Shown here one piece after another: positions 9,466 to 18,857 of a DNA stretch of 64,000 nt. The DNA comes from Blautia sp. OF03-15BH (lineage in GTDB: Bacteria > Bacillota > Clostridia > Lachnospirales > Lachnospiraceae), in assembly GCF_003463065.1 (NCBI RefSeq), contig NZ_QSCM01000012.1, positions 3,954 to 67,953 on the forward strand, read 5' to 3'. The notes below the pieces were generated by a model. That model had not been told where the DNA came from and ran no database searches. It worked only from the letters and a program-made list of their open reading frames with translations. Made by a program: the position numbers and the translations under genes. Every line of letters begins with the position of its first letter. Positions within the stretch are counted from its first letter, which is position 1.

Positions 9466-9834
9466 CTATTTTGATCTTTCCATCATGCAAAGCAATGAGA
9501 TCTGGTGTACCAGAAACATGACCACGATCCCGCAGAGAACCGTGAAACCGGTATGCGCTGTTCCCGTCAGATAATTGACGATCAGGGAGACCATGGAAAC
9601 GCCGCCTAAAATTATCCACAGCGAACCATGAACCCGGTTATAGATTTCCACATTTTTCACACGGCTTTCCTCCACTGCTGCTTCTTCCGACCAGAATCGC
9701 ACCGGTTCTTTCTGTTTCCACTGAAGGATCCCTTCCAGAAAAATGACTGCTGCAAAAACTTCCATAACGAAAAGACAACAGAGTTTCATAAAAATCAGCA
9801 TATTTTCACCCCCTTTTAAGGGTATTCGAATCAT
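9466..9834 (-). CDS. Small membrane protein, hypothetical (alternative start at 9801 with GGGGGTG RBS)
   Basis: 122 aa, hydrophobic segments; ATG at 9834 overlaps the stop of the upstream gene (ATGA). Confidence 0.4.
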   Translation of the reverse strand: MIRIPLKGGENMLIFMKLCCLFVMEVFAAVIFLEGILQWKQKEPVRFWSEEAAVEESRVKNVEIYNRVHGSLWIILGGVSMVSLIVNYLTGTAHTGFTVLCGIVVMFLVHQISLLCMMERSK

Positions 9835-10280
9835 TTTTCACACGCATCCGCGCCACTGGCAGCCACAAGTCTTTCCGTCAGTTCCCGGATTTTTTCCAGG
9901 CGGTCTTTCCGGCTTTCAGCAGATTCCTCTGTGAGGCCTTCCTCTGTCAAAGCTTTCAGTTCTTCCGCTGTTTTCCGGATCAGCTCCCTGTTTTCCTTCC
10001 GGTTTTTCCCGGCAACTTCCATGATCTCACTGTATTTTCCCGTCACATAGCCATAGTTTTTCCGCACATGGGGAAGGAGACAGTTGGTACAATCCTTAAT
10101 ACCTTTCTCTGTGAAACGGAAATTACCGCCGCAGGCATCCCCCAGCGCATACAGCGGACAGTAACAGAACAGACAGTTGAAATTGTCCGGATCGTTGGTT
10201 TTATGGCAGGGAAAATATTCACATTCTTTATGACAGACGAAGGAATACTCTTTTCCCTCCCAATAAGGCTTTTCGCTCAT
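9831..10280 (-). CDS. Cysteine-rich small domain protein (FPCH...CLFCYCPLY...DCGGNF motif) with coiled-coil C-terminus
   Basis: 149 aa; motif pattern recalled for the PF04071-like cysteine-rich small domain; ATGA-coupled to the tex stop. Confidence 0.5.
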   Translation of the reverse strand: MSEKPYWEGKEYSFVCHKECEYFPCHKTNDPDNFNCLFCYCPLYALGDACGGNFRFTEKGIKDCTNCLLPHVRKNYGYVTGKYSEIMEVAGKNRKENRELIRKTAEELKALTEEGLTEESAESRKDRLEKIRELTERLVAASGADACEK

Positions 10281-12442
10281 CGTTTTTCCTCTCCCAGCTT
10301 CATGGAAAGAGAGATCCGCTTCTTAGTCAGATCCACATCCAGTACTCTGACATCCACAATATCTCCAACACTCACTACATCCAGCGGATGCTTGACAAAT
10401 TTCTTGTCACTCATCTGAGAAATGTGCACCAGACCGTCCTGATGAACACCGATATCCACAAACGCACCAAAGTCGATAACATTGCGGACCGTTCCTTTTA
10501 AGATCATACCAGGTTTCAGATCCTTCATATCCATAACATCGCTTCGAAGGATGGGACGCGGCATCTCATCACGGGGATCACGTCCGGGCTTCTCCAGCTC
10601 TTTGACAATGTCACGGAGCGTCGGTTCACCGATGCCAAGAGTTTCTGCTGTCTTCTTATAGTCTCTGATCTTCCGGCCAAGATCTTTCAGATTTCCGCCC
10701 TTTACATCCTCTGCACTATAGCCAAGACTCTTCAGAAGTTTCTCTGCTGCCTCATAGGACTCCGGATGAACACCGGTGTTATCCAAAAGATTCTCCCCAC
10801 CGGGGATCCGAAGGAAACCGGCACACTGCTCGTAGGCTTTCGGACCCAGTTTGGCAACTTTGAGAAGCTCTTTTCTCGTTCCGAAGCGGCCGTTTTCCTC
10901 ACGGTATGCGACAATGTTCTTCGCAATGGCCTTGCTGATACCGGAAACATAGCCCAGAAGGGAAGCAGAAGCGGTATTTAAGTCCACGCCAACCTTATTT
11001 ACGCAGTCTTCCACCACACCGGTCAGGGTTTCGCCCAGCTTTTTCTGATTACAGTCGTGCTGATACTGACCTACACCGATGGATTTCGGATCGATTTTTA
11101 CAAGTTCTGCCAGCGGGTCCTGAAGACGGCGTGCGATAGAAGCGGCACTTCTCTGTCCCACATCAAAATTCGGGAACTCTTCCGTAGCCAGGGCACTGGC
11201 GGAATAAACAGACGCACCGGCTTCATTAACAATGACATACTGGACTTTTTCCGGAATCTCTTTTAAGAGCTCCACGATGATCTGCTCGGACTCACGGGAT
11301 GCGGTTCCGTTTCCTACGGAAAACAGGGTCACATGATATTTGGAGATGAGCTTTTTCAGTGTCTCCTTGGCATCATGGATCTTCTTTTCCGTCGTGGGGG
11401 CTGTTGGATAGATCACCGTGGTATCCAGCACTTTTCCGGTGGCATCCACAACGGCCAGTTTACAGCCGGTACGGAAAGCCGGATCCCAGCCCAGGACCAC
11501 CTGGCCTGCGATTGGCGGCTGCATCAGAAGCTGGGTCAGGTTTTTGCCGAAGACTGTGATAGCTCCATCCTCCGCCTTCTCCGTCAGAACGTTGCGGATC
11601 TCACGCTCGATGGCCGGGGCGATGAGACGACCGTAGCTGTCAGCAATGACCTCTTTTAACACAGGTGTAGTGTGGGGATTTCCATTGGAGATCACCATTT
11701 TTTCAAGATAACGAAGGATCCGCTCCTCAGGAGCGCCCACTTTTACGGTCAGGAATTTTTCCTTTTCACCACGGTTGATCGCCAGGATCCGGTGACCTGC
11801 CACTTTGGATACCGGCTCTTCGTAGCTGTAGTAATTCTCATAGACGGACTGGGCTTTCTCGTCCCGCGCCGTGGAAATGAGCGTTCCCTCTTTCATTGTG
11901 AGGTCACGGATATGGATCCGGTAATCCGCCTCGTCAGAAATGGCCTCTGCCAGAATGTCTCTGGCTCCGTTCAAGGCATCCTCCACCGTGAGGACTTCTT
12001 TTTTCTCAGAAAGGAAAGCTTTTGCATCTTCCTCCAATGGACGCTTTGTCAGCTGCAGGCGGATGAGATTTGCCAGAGGCTCCAGACCTTTTTCCTTTGC
12101 GATTGTAGCTCTGGTCCGCCGTTTCGGACGGTAGGGGCGGTAGAGATCATCCACCACCACGAGGGTCTCTGCTGCCAGGATCTGTTTTTTCAGCTCCGGT
12201 GTCAGTTTGCCCTGCTCTTCTATCACAGAAAGAACCTGCTGCTTTTTCTCTTCCAGATTTCGAAGATAGGTCAGCCGTTCAAAAAGTTTTCTTAAAATTT
12301 CGTCATTCAGGGAACCGGTGGCTTCTTTCCGGTAACGGGAAATGAAGGGGATCGTGTTTCCCTCATCGATGAGCTTCACGGCAGCGTCTACCTGCCACTC
12401 CTGAACCTCCAGTTCTTTTGCCAGTTGCTTATTGATTTCCAT
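10277..12442 (-). CDS. tex: Transcription accessory protein Tex (S1 RNA-binding domain protein)
   Basis: ORF trimmed to MEINKQLAKEL...DEGNTIPFISRYRKE (Tex N-terminus, GAGGTG RBS); YqgF/HhH/S1 architecture; 721 aa. Confidence 0.9.
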   Translation of the reverse strand: MEINKQLAKELEVQEWQVDAAVKLIDEGNTIPFISRYRKEATGSLNDEILRKLFERLTYLRNLEEKKQQVLSVIEEQGKLTPELKKQILAAETLVVVDDLYRPYRPKRRTRATIAKEKGLEPLANLIRLQLTKRPLEEDAKAFLSEKKEVLTVEDALNGARDILAEAISDEADYRIHIRDLTMKEGTLISTARDEKAQSVYENYYSYEEPVSKVAGHRILAINRGEKEKFLTVKVGAPEERILRYLEKMVISNGNPHTTPVLKEVIADSYGRLIAPAIEREIRNVLTEKAEDGAITVFGKNLTQLLMQPPIAGQVVLGWDPAFRTGCKLAVVDATGKVLDTTVIYPTAPTTEKKIHDAKETLKKLISKYHVTLFSVGNGTASRESEQIIVELLKEIPEKVQYVIVNEAGASVYSASALATEEFPNFDVGQRSAASIARRLQDPLAELVKIDPKSIGVGQYQHDCNQKKLGETLTGVVEDCVNKVGVDLNTASASLLGYVSGISKAIAKNIVAYREENGRFGTRKELLKVAKLGPKAYEQCAGFLRIPGGENLLDNTGVHPESYEAAEKLLKSLGYSAEDVKGGNLKDLGRKIRDYKKTAETLGIGEPTLRDIVKELEKPGRDPRDEMPRPILRSDVMDMKDLKPGMILKGTVRNVIDFGAFVDIGVHQDGLVHISQMSDKKFVKHPLDVVSVGDIVDVRVLDVDLTKKRISLSMKLGEEKR

Positions 12443-12624
12443 TGTTACACCTCGAAATAATTCCTTTTCTGTTTTTTGTCTGACTGATTCACGGCTCATT
12501 TTACCACGCAGGCTGTAGTATTGTAAAGTTCCTAAAGGGATTTTCCCCTTGAAGAGACGGAAGGGTTGCGGTATACTGGTCACAGGCATTACCCTTACTC
12601 TACAGAAAAATACGAGGTTTTTTT

Positions 12625-13200
12625 ATGAACGATCACGATTACAATCAGAACCCGGAGCCTGCTCACAGCGGTATGGAAACGGCTGCCATCATCTTAGGCA
12701 TCCTGGCCCTGATCGGAAGCACCTGCTTCTACCTTTCCATTCCCTGTGCCGCTATCGGCATCCTGCTGGCTCTCCTTTCCAGAGGCCGTAAGGAACATAT
12801 GTCCACCCGTGCAAAAACCGGTCTTTGCATCTCTGCTGCCGGTCTGGTGTTGACGGTCGGACTTACTTCCTACACGGTCTATCATTATAAGGATCTTTTC
12901 TCTTCTCCTGAATTTCAGCAGAGAATGAAGGATTATATGGAATATTATAATTCCGGAAGTGAAACGGAAGCGCAGGATAACGGCGAGAGCAATATCCTGA
13001 AAGATTTCTTCGGTGACGATGAAGATGGAAATTCTTCTGGCGGTGAACAGCAGACGCCGGAGACCGAGATTCCCTACATCGACGACACGCCCTATGTCAG
13101 CGATCCCTACAGCGGCAGCTCTCCCTACGAAACAAGCCCCTACGGCTCCAATCCCTATGGCGGCCAGAGTTCTTCTCCATCCCCGGGGCCGGCGATCTAA
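12625..13200 (+). CDS. DUF4190-like membrane protein with (S/T)PY-rich C-terminal tail
   Basis: 191 aa; AIILGILALIGSTCFYLSIPCAAIGILLALLS segment; TTGAAG-N17-TATACT promoter upstream. Confidence 0.55.
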   Translation: MNDHDYNQNPEPAHSGMETAAIILGILALIGSTCFYLSIPCAAIGILLALLSRGRKEHMSTRAKTGLCISAAGLVLTVGLTSYTVYHYKDLFSSPEFQQRMKDYMEYYNSGSETEAQDNGESNILKDFFGDDEDGNSSGGEQQTPETEIPYIDDTPYVSDPYSGSSPYETSPYGSNPYGGQSSSPSPGPAI

Positions 13201-13202
13201 CA

Positions 13203-13250
13203 TGAAAAAAATCCCCTGCTCCTTGTTTTTGCAAGGAAACAGGGGATTTT
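13203..13250. terminator. Bidirectional terminator between convergent DUF4190 and DUF2752 genes
   Basis: A7-ATCCCCTG...CAGGGGAT-T5 nested hairpin. Confidence 0.65.
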
Positions 13251-13577
13251 TCATATCTGTTCCAGAAGATCCAGGCCCCAAAAAGCCTTTAAGGCGTTGA
13301 TGAGCAGGAAATGGGCGATCGTAAGAAAAAGGATCCAGAAAATGTCATATTTTTTCAGCTTCTGGCTACAGGAAAAATGGCCGCTTCTTACAGTCTCCAG
13401 ACCGGAAACAACGAAAATTCGCAGAAAAAGCCCCGCCGCATAGAGGACAACCGGGTGATAGAGAAAGGAGTTAAGAATCTGACCGTGAAGAAGGGACGTT
13501 ATCGCCCTCGTGCCGCCGCAGCCGGGACAGTAATAGCCGGTAGCCAGATGGAAAAGGCAGGGCGGAAACCGGAACAT
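13251..13577 (-). CDS. DUF2752 family membrane protein (CPGCGGTRA motif)
   Basis: ORF-track TTG start rejected; ATG at 13577 overlaps the upstream stop as TAATG; YYCPGCGGTRA signature. Confidence 0.6.
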   Translation of the reverse strand: MFRFPPCLFHLATGYYCPGCGGTRAITSLLHGQILNSFLYHPVVLYAAGLFLRIFVVSGLETVRSGHFSCSQKLKKYDIFWILFLTIAHFLLINALKAFWGLDLLEQI

Positions 13578-15253
13578 TACTCTTTTCTCCTTACCAGACA
13601 GCGTTTCTTGAAAAAAGCAATTCCATAACAAAGGACGCTGTCGTACTCATCTTCCAACTCTTCCGCATATCTGCGGCTGTCTATCTGTTTCAGTGCTTCT
13701 TCACAGCCTGCTTCCATTTTTTCCAGCGTTTTCGCATATTTTGCTTCAAAAACTGCTGCTTTTCCATTTACGGAATCATAGACTACCACATCGCTTCTGC
13801 CCTCTCCGTGTTCCCGGTTGGACTCTACAGTATAGCCTGCTCCGGCAAAAATCCCAGCCAGAAAGGCATGGTAAAAGTCTTCCCGATAATCGTGATAACT
13901 GATCGTCTTCCGAAGAAGCAGATTCATCTCTCTGGTAAGCTTCTCACTGTCGCCCTTCCAGACAGCCTCAAAGAGTGCTTTCCTGTTCCAGTTTTTCGCA
14001 CTGTCTGAGAACCAGCGAACCACCGTTTTTTCAAAAATTTCCCGAATCTCGGCATTTGGAATTGTCAGTGCAAAGGTTTCATCCGGTAATTTTTGCGAAA
14101 GCTCGGATTCTCTCATTTTGGTCAGATATCCGGTAAGATATAAGACACTCCAGAGATTTTCTTCTGAAGAGTGAAGGTAATCATAGGTGAGATTTTCATC
14201 AATGCTCTGAATAATAAAGCCTCCTGCGAGAAGCGTCTCCAACTTCCGGGTAATGTTACTGCCGGCATAATCGATAAATGAACGGATAATCGCATTATCG
14301 CTGGTATTCTGCCAGTACCCACGAGGTTTCGCCTCGGGATTATATTGAAGATCCCGCAAATAATTCATCACATCCCAAGGACAGTAAACATCAAAGTCAC
14401 CAAAGTGATAACCGTCATACCACGCCTTTATATCCGCAGCGTACTCTCCTGCCTCCGCCTCATGCAGCATACGGTCCACATCTTCCTGTGTAAAACCAAA
14501 ATATTCGTTTAATCTGGAATCTGTGATCGTATCGGAGACCAAATTGTTCATTCCAGTAAAGATACTCTCCTTTGCAATTTTTAAACAACCGGTAATCACT
14601 GCAAACTTCAGGGAACGATTATCTTTTAAAGCCATTCCCATCATACTCCGAATGATTTCCAGCATCTCTTCATAATACCCGTTGCTGCTGGCTTTTGCCA
14701 ACGGAACATCATATTCATCTAGAAGAACGATCACTTCTTTCCCATAATGCTGTTGCATGACACGAATCAGAAGTTCCAGGCTTTTTCTGATGTCTGTCTT
14801 TGACGCCTCCTCTTTCGCGATCCGGCTGATGATCTCTTTGTCATACACACTGATTCTCTCACTCTCAAGAAGATAGAGATGCTCCTTATAAAGCTCCGTG
14901 ATCGTCACAGAGAGCATGTCATAAGCGCTGGAAAAAGTAAGACCATCCACATCTTTGAAAGAAAGGAAGATCGTAGGGTATTTATTTCTCCATTTCTCAC
15001 ACAGATACGTATCTTTCGCTATCTCCAGCCCGTCAAAAATCTCTCTGCTGTCCATCCTGATATCAAAAAAATCAGCCAGCATGCTCATTCCCAGGGTTTT
15101 TCCAAAACGCCGTGGCCGGGTGACCAGTGTCACCTTCGTCCCTGCCGTCTTCAAAAGCTCGCTGATCAGCGCGGTCTTATCCACATAATAATAATTGTTT
15201 TTCCGGATTTCCCAAAAATCTGAAATGCCTACAGGAATATTTAAGTTCAACAT
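13577..15253 (-). CDS. AAA-ATPase-like domain + PD-(D/E)XK nuclease domain protein (PF09820/PF08011-type architecture)
   Basis: 558 aa; N-terminal PRRFGKT P-loop-like region; C-terminal GEGRSDVVVY...EAKYAK PD-(D/E)XK motifs; family common and multi-copy in gut anaerobes. Confidence 0.65.
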   Translation of the reverse strand: MLNLNIPVGISDFWEIRKNNYYYVDKTALISELLKTAGTKVTLVTRPRRFGKTLGMSMLADFFDIRMDSREIFDGLEIAKDTYLCEKWRNKYPTIFLSFKDVDGLTFSSAYDMLSVTITELYKEHLYLLESERISVYDKEIISRIAKEEASKTDIRKSLELLIRVMQQHYGKEVIVLLDEYDVPLAKASSNGYYEEMLEIIRSMMGMALKDNRSLKFAVITGCLKIAKESIFTGMNNLVSDTITDSRLNEYFGFTQEDVDRMLHEAEAGEYAADIKAWYDGYHFGDFDVYCPWDVMNYLRDLQYNPEAKPRGYWQNTSDNAIIRSFIDYAGSNITRKLETLLAGGFIIQSIDENLTYDYLHSSEENLWSVLYLTGYLTKMRESELSQKLPDETFALTIPNAEIREIFEKTVVRWFSDSAKNWNRKALFEAVWKGDSEKLTREMNLLLRKTISYHDYREDFYHAFLAGIFAGAGYTVESNREHGEGRSDVVVYDSVNGKAAVFEAKYAKTLEKMEAGCEEALKQIDSRRYAEELEDEYDSVLCYGIAFFKKRCLVRRKE

Positions 15254-15315
15254 GACAACCGCGCTCCTTTCTTCTCATGTTCTGATGATAGCACAAAAAG
15301 GGGTGGGAGACAAGT

Positions 15316-16926
15316 TCAGTGAACTTCTTCCATACCCGTATAGGGATTCAGCCGGATGCGGATCACCTGTCCTTCCAGGACATACTGGGAGAAGTTGGTC
15401 TCGTCGCCGTTCCGGCAGCGGTCTCTCACCCAGATATCGCCTTCAAAATGTCCTTCTTCCACGGACAGAAAGTTCAGTTGCCCCGCATAGCGGGAGGTAA
15501 GCTGTGGATAGCTGTTTTCTGAAGACGGGTCCGGTCTTTTGATGAAATCCAGGGCGATTCCGGCTCCGGCCAAGAAAAACTCATGCTCCCCGGTCTGGAT
15601 CAAAAGTCCCCGACCTCTGACCTCCCGTTTCTTCTTCCCTTTCTCTGAACTTACATCCTCCATATATCCCAGATTCATCGGGTGGGAATGGAGATAATGA
15701 ACCACCACATGATAATTTTCCAGCTTCAGATAATGACTTGTCTCAAATTCATCCTCCGCAATGGCATGAATCTTTCCGGTCTTCCGGTATTTCATGAGCA
15801 GCGGAGTCACAGAGGCAAGTGTCCTCATCGTCAGTGCCATATCCCGGCAATCCTCATTCAGCTCTCCCATTTCATCCAGGGCACTCTCCGCTCCAAAACA
15901 GCAGATACCCACAGCATCCATCTCTCCCACTGCAAGAATGGCATTCATGGCGTTTGCCTGACCTCCGATCGGTGACTCCGGAATGAAAAGCGGATTGTCC
16001 GACCGGTTATAGCGCCCGCAGATCCTTAAGAATTCCCGGCGGTTCTCATTATAAATATCCGGGCAGATCAGATCCAGAGAGAGGGCTCCGGCTTTCCAGA
16101 TATCGAGGACACGACCCACGGCGGCTCCGGCATTGTAGCAGATTCCGGCTTCCTCAAAGCCGTTCTCGCCCACCATCACGTTGGTATACAGAGGAATGGG
16201 AAAAACGGCTTTTCCGGCTTTGGCCAGCTGTTCCACATAGACGGCATGATACCAGGCCAGAAAAGCTTCGTGCGCGTACCTTCCAAACTGCTTTTTCCAG
16301 GGAGAAATCCTTTCTTTCCCCTTCAGCAGTTCCCGTCCATCGTCCTCCAGATGCACATTTTTCAGTGCCTCTGGAAGTGGTTCCCAGTAGTCTCTCTCCG
16401 CTTCCTTCGAGTAGTCCCGGTCCGTTCCCGCACAGCCCATCTCATTTTCAATCTGTACTGCCAGAACGGTCCGTTCTTTTTCATCATAAACTTTCAGAAA
16501 TTCCATCAGTTTCTGAAATGCTTTTTTATCTCTCTCAAGAGTTTCTTCGCAGTGTGGGGAAAGAGCAGGCAGCGTCCCTCCGTCCGGCCCGATAACCAGC
16601 CGATAAGTTCCCGGATTCATTTTCACATACTCCGGTACATAGTTCGGATGACCGTTTTTGCTCATACCAAACCAGAGAATGATCAGTTTTAACCCCTCTG
16701 CCCTCGTCTCATCGACGAGTTCCTTCACCAGCTCCATCTCGTAGACATCCTTCTCCGGCTCCAGGCGGTACCAGTATACCGGCGCTTCCAGGCAGTTTCC
16801 ACCGTAGGCTTTCACCGCCTGAATGGCTTTTCCGATCAGCTCCGTTCCGGTAGAAGAATTATGCGCCTGCAGTCCCACTGGAAAAAAATCCTTTCCATTC
16901 TCATCCTGAAAAAATGTAAATCCCAT
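15316..16926 (-). CDS. Clan GH-A TIM-barrel glycoside hydrolase, GH35/GH42-like (beta-galactosidase-like)
   Basis: ORF trimmed to ATG 16926 (GAGGAGGA RBS); VQIENEMG acid/base-like motif resembling GH35 QVENEYG; no signal peptide. Confidence 0.5.
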   Translation of the reverse strand: MGFTFFQDENGKDFFPVGLQAHNSSTGTELIGKAIQAVKAYGGNCLEAPVYWYRLEPEKDVYEMELVKELVDETRAEGLKLIILWFGMSKNGHPNYVPEYVKMNPGTYRLVIGPDGGTLPALSPHCEETLERDKKAFQKLMEFLKVYDEKERTVLAVQIENEMGCAGTDRDYSKEAERDYWEPLPEALKNVHLEDDGRELLKGKERISPWKKQFGRYAHEAFLAWYHAVYVEQLAKAGKAVFPIPLYTNVMVGENGFEEAGICYNAGAAVGRVLDIWKAGALSLDLICPDIYNENRREFLRICGRYNRSDNPLFIPESPIGGQANAMNAILAVGEMDAVGICCFGAESALDEMGELNEDCRDMALTMRTLASVTPLLMKYRKTGKIHAIAEDEFETSHYLKLENYHVVVHYLHSHPMNLGYMEDVSSEKGKKKREVRGRGLLIQTGEHEFFLAGAGIALDFIKRPDPSSENSYPQLTSRYAGQLNFLSVEEGHFEGDIWVRDRCRNGDETNFSQYVLEGQVIRIRLNPYTGMEEVH

Positions 16927-17008
16927 ACTTATCCTCCTCATACAAAGACAGCGGTCAGAAGCCTTTTCCTGCCTCCGTCCGCTGTTGTTCTTCTCTGTCT
17001 TATTTTCT

Positions 17009-17839
17009 TTAGCCTTTTACACCCGAATATGCGATGCCTTCCACAATATATTTCTGGGCGATCACATAAACAATGACAATGGGGATCAGAGAAATTACGG
17101 TACCTGCCATGATGGCTCCGTAGTTGGTATCGAACTCTCTTTTAAAGGTTGCCAGTCCCAATTGGATCGTCCGGTTTTTATCACTGTCCAGATAGATCAT
17201 GGGGCCCATATAATCATTCCAGACATTATTAAATGTCAGGATGATCAACGTAGCCAGTCCACTCTTAGTTAACGGAAGCACGATTTTGGTGAAAATTCCA
17301 AAAGGGCCACAGCCGTCGATTTTGGCTGCTTCGCATAAACTGTCCGGAATACTCAGCATATTCTGTCGCAGGATGAAAACACCAAACACATTGAAAGCTC
17401 CTGTCAGGATCAGCGAAAGGTGATTATCATAAAGCCCCAGTTTCTGGATCACGATAAACTGCGGGATCATAATGGCATGCCAGGGAACCATCATGGTTCC
17501 AAGATAAGCCAGGAACAGCTTGTCTCTTCCCGGAAAATGTAATTTGGAAAATGCAAAGGCCGCCATGGAACAGGTGATCACCTGAAGAGCCGTAATGCTC
17601 ACGGTCAGCTTAAACGTGTTAAAAAAATAGCGCGGGAATGGGATCTTCTGCATGATTGTTTCATAGTTATCCATATGAAACGTCTCCGGAATCCAGCGGA
17701 TCGGCACACTGAAAATTTCTTTTTTCAGCTTGAAGGATGCGCTGACCATCCAGACAAAGGGAACGATCATGATAAAGGCGACAAACAAAGCCAGCAGAAA
17801 CATCACGATGCCCGTCACTCTCGTTTTCGTATTTTTCAT
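17009..17839 (-). CDS. Sugar ABC transporter permease (CUT1, MalG-like)
   Basis: 276 aa, 6 TM, EAA-like loop. Confidence 0.85.
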   Translation of the reverse strand: MKNTKTRVTGIVMFLLALFVAFIMIVPFVWMVSASFKLKKEIFSVPIRWIPETFHMDNYETIMQKIPFPRYFFNTFKLTVSITALQVITCSMAAFAFSKLHFPGRDKLFLAYLGTMMVPWHAIMIPQFIVIQKLGLYDNHLSLILTGAFNVFGVFILRQNMLSIPDSLCEAAKIDGCGPFGIFTKIVLPLTKSGLATLIILTFNNVWNDYMGPMIYLDSDKNRTIQLGLATFKREFDTNYGAIMAGTVISLIPIVIVYVIAQKYIVEGIAYSGVKG

Positions 17840-17855
17840 GGTTCTTCACCCCTTT

Positions 17856-18761
17856 CTACTCAACAACCCATTTCTTCTGTCCATGCCACTGGATCAGCGT
17901 GATAACGAAAATGATCAGAAACAGAAAATATCCGATGGCAGAACCGTATCCCATTCTGCCGTATTTGAAGGCCTCTTTATAGATACGCATGACCAGAACC
18001 TCCGTCGCCCGGCCCGGCCCTCCTTCCGTTGTGACATTGATGATATCAAATACCTGGAAGGATGCAATAAATGTCAGAATCGTAACCATAAACGTCGTCG
18101 GAGAAAGCATCGGCCAGGTCACATGCCAGAAAGCCTGCCAGGAGTTTGCTCCGTCAATCTTGGCCGCTTCGTAAAGATCGGGTGAAATATTCTTCAAACC
18201 TCCCATAAACATCACCATATAGTAACCTGCCTGTTTCCAGACAACCACAATAACCACAGTGATCAAAGCGGTTCCCACACCCCAGAACCATTTTGGCGGA
18301 TGCTCCATCCCAAGATTCATCAGGAACTGATTCACCGGTCCTTTTTTGCTGTCAAAAATCTGCAACCATACACAGCCTACCGCTACCATAGAAGTCAGAT
18401 TCGGGAAAAAATAAATCGTCTGAAAAGCGCTGCCGCCGTACATTTTCCGGTTCAGCATCAGTGCCAGCAAAAGTGCAAATAAAACAGTTAAAGGAACGCT
18501 GGTCAGAGAATAAAACAGGTTATTCTGCAACGCCACCTTAAAATCCGTGTCTGTAAACATCTTCGCATAATTGGCAAAGCCTATAAAATTTGGCTTTCCA
18601 AAGCCCGTATAATCCGTAAGACTGATAATAAAACCAATGATTACCGGAATGCCTGTAAAAGCCAGAAAGCCGATAAAGTTTGGTAAAAGAAACAGATAAC
18701 CTGCAATCCACTCTCTCCGGTTCATGCGGCTCGATTTTTTCTTTGTTTTCTGTGCTGCCAT
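17856..18761 (-). CDS. Sugar ABC transporter permease (CUT1, MalF/UgpA-like)
   Basis: ORF trimmed to ATG 18761 (GGGAGGTG RBS); polytopic. Confidence 0.85.
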   Translation of the reverse strand: MAAQKTKKKSSRMNRREWIAGYLFLLPNFIGFLAFTGIPVIIGFIISLTDYTGFGKPNFIGFANYAKMFTDTDFKVALQNNLFYSLTSVPLTVLFALLLALMLNRKMYGGSAFQTIYFFPNLTSMVAVGCVWLQIFDSKKGPVNQFLMNLGMEHPPKWFWGVGTALITVVIVVVWKQAGYYMVMFMGGLKNISPDLYEAAKIDGANSWQAFWHVTWPMLSPTTFMVTILTFIASFQVFDIINVTTEGGPGRATEVLVMRIYKEAFKYGRMGYGSAIGYFLFLIIFVITLIQWHGQKKWVVE

Positions 18762-18814
18762 GAATCCCACCTCCCAAGCCTCGCTGCGACAGCTTATAGA
18801 AAGCCCGGCATCTC

Positions 18815-18852
18815 AGCCGTCTGAAATGCCGGGCCAGAATCCCATTTCTTTT
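18815..18852. terminator. Intra-operon stem-loop/attenuating terminator after the binding-protein gene
   Basis: GCCCGGCAT...ATGCCGGGC 9-bp GC stem followed by T-rich tract on the minus strand. Confidence 0.5.
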
Positions 18853-18857
18853 TATAC

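Noticed and set aside
9338-9619. 93-aa minus-strand ORF
   Set aside because: Overlaps the real membrane-protein gene in another frame and spans the 9426-9452 terminator hairpin; no RBS; spurious.
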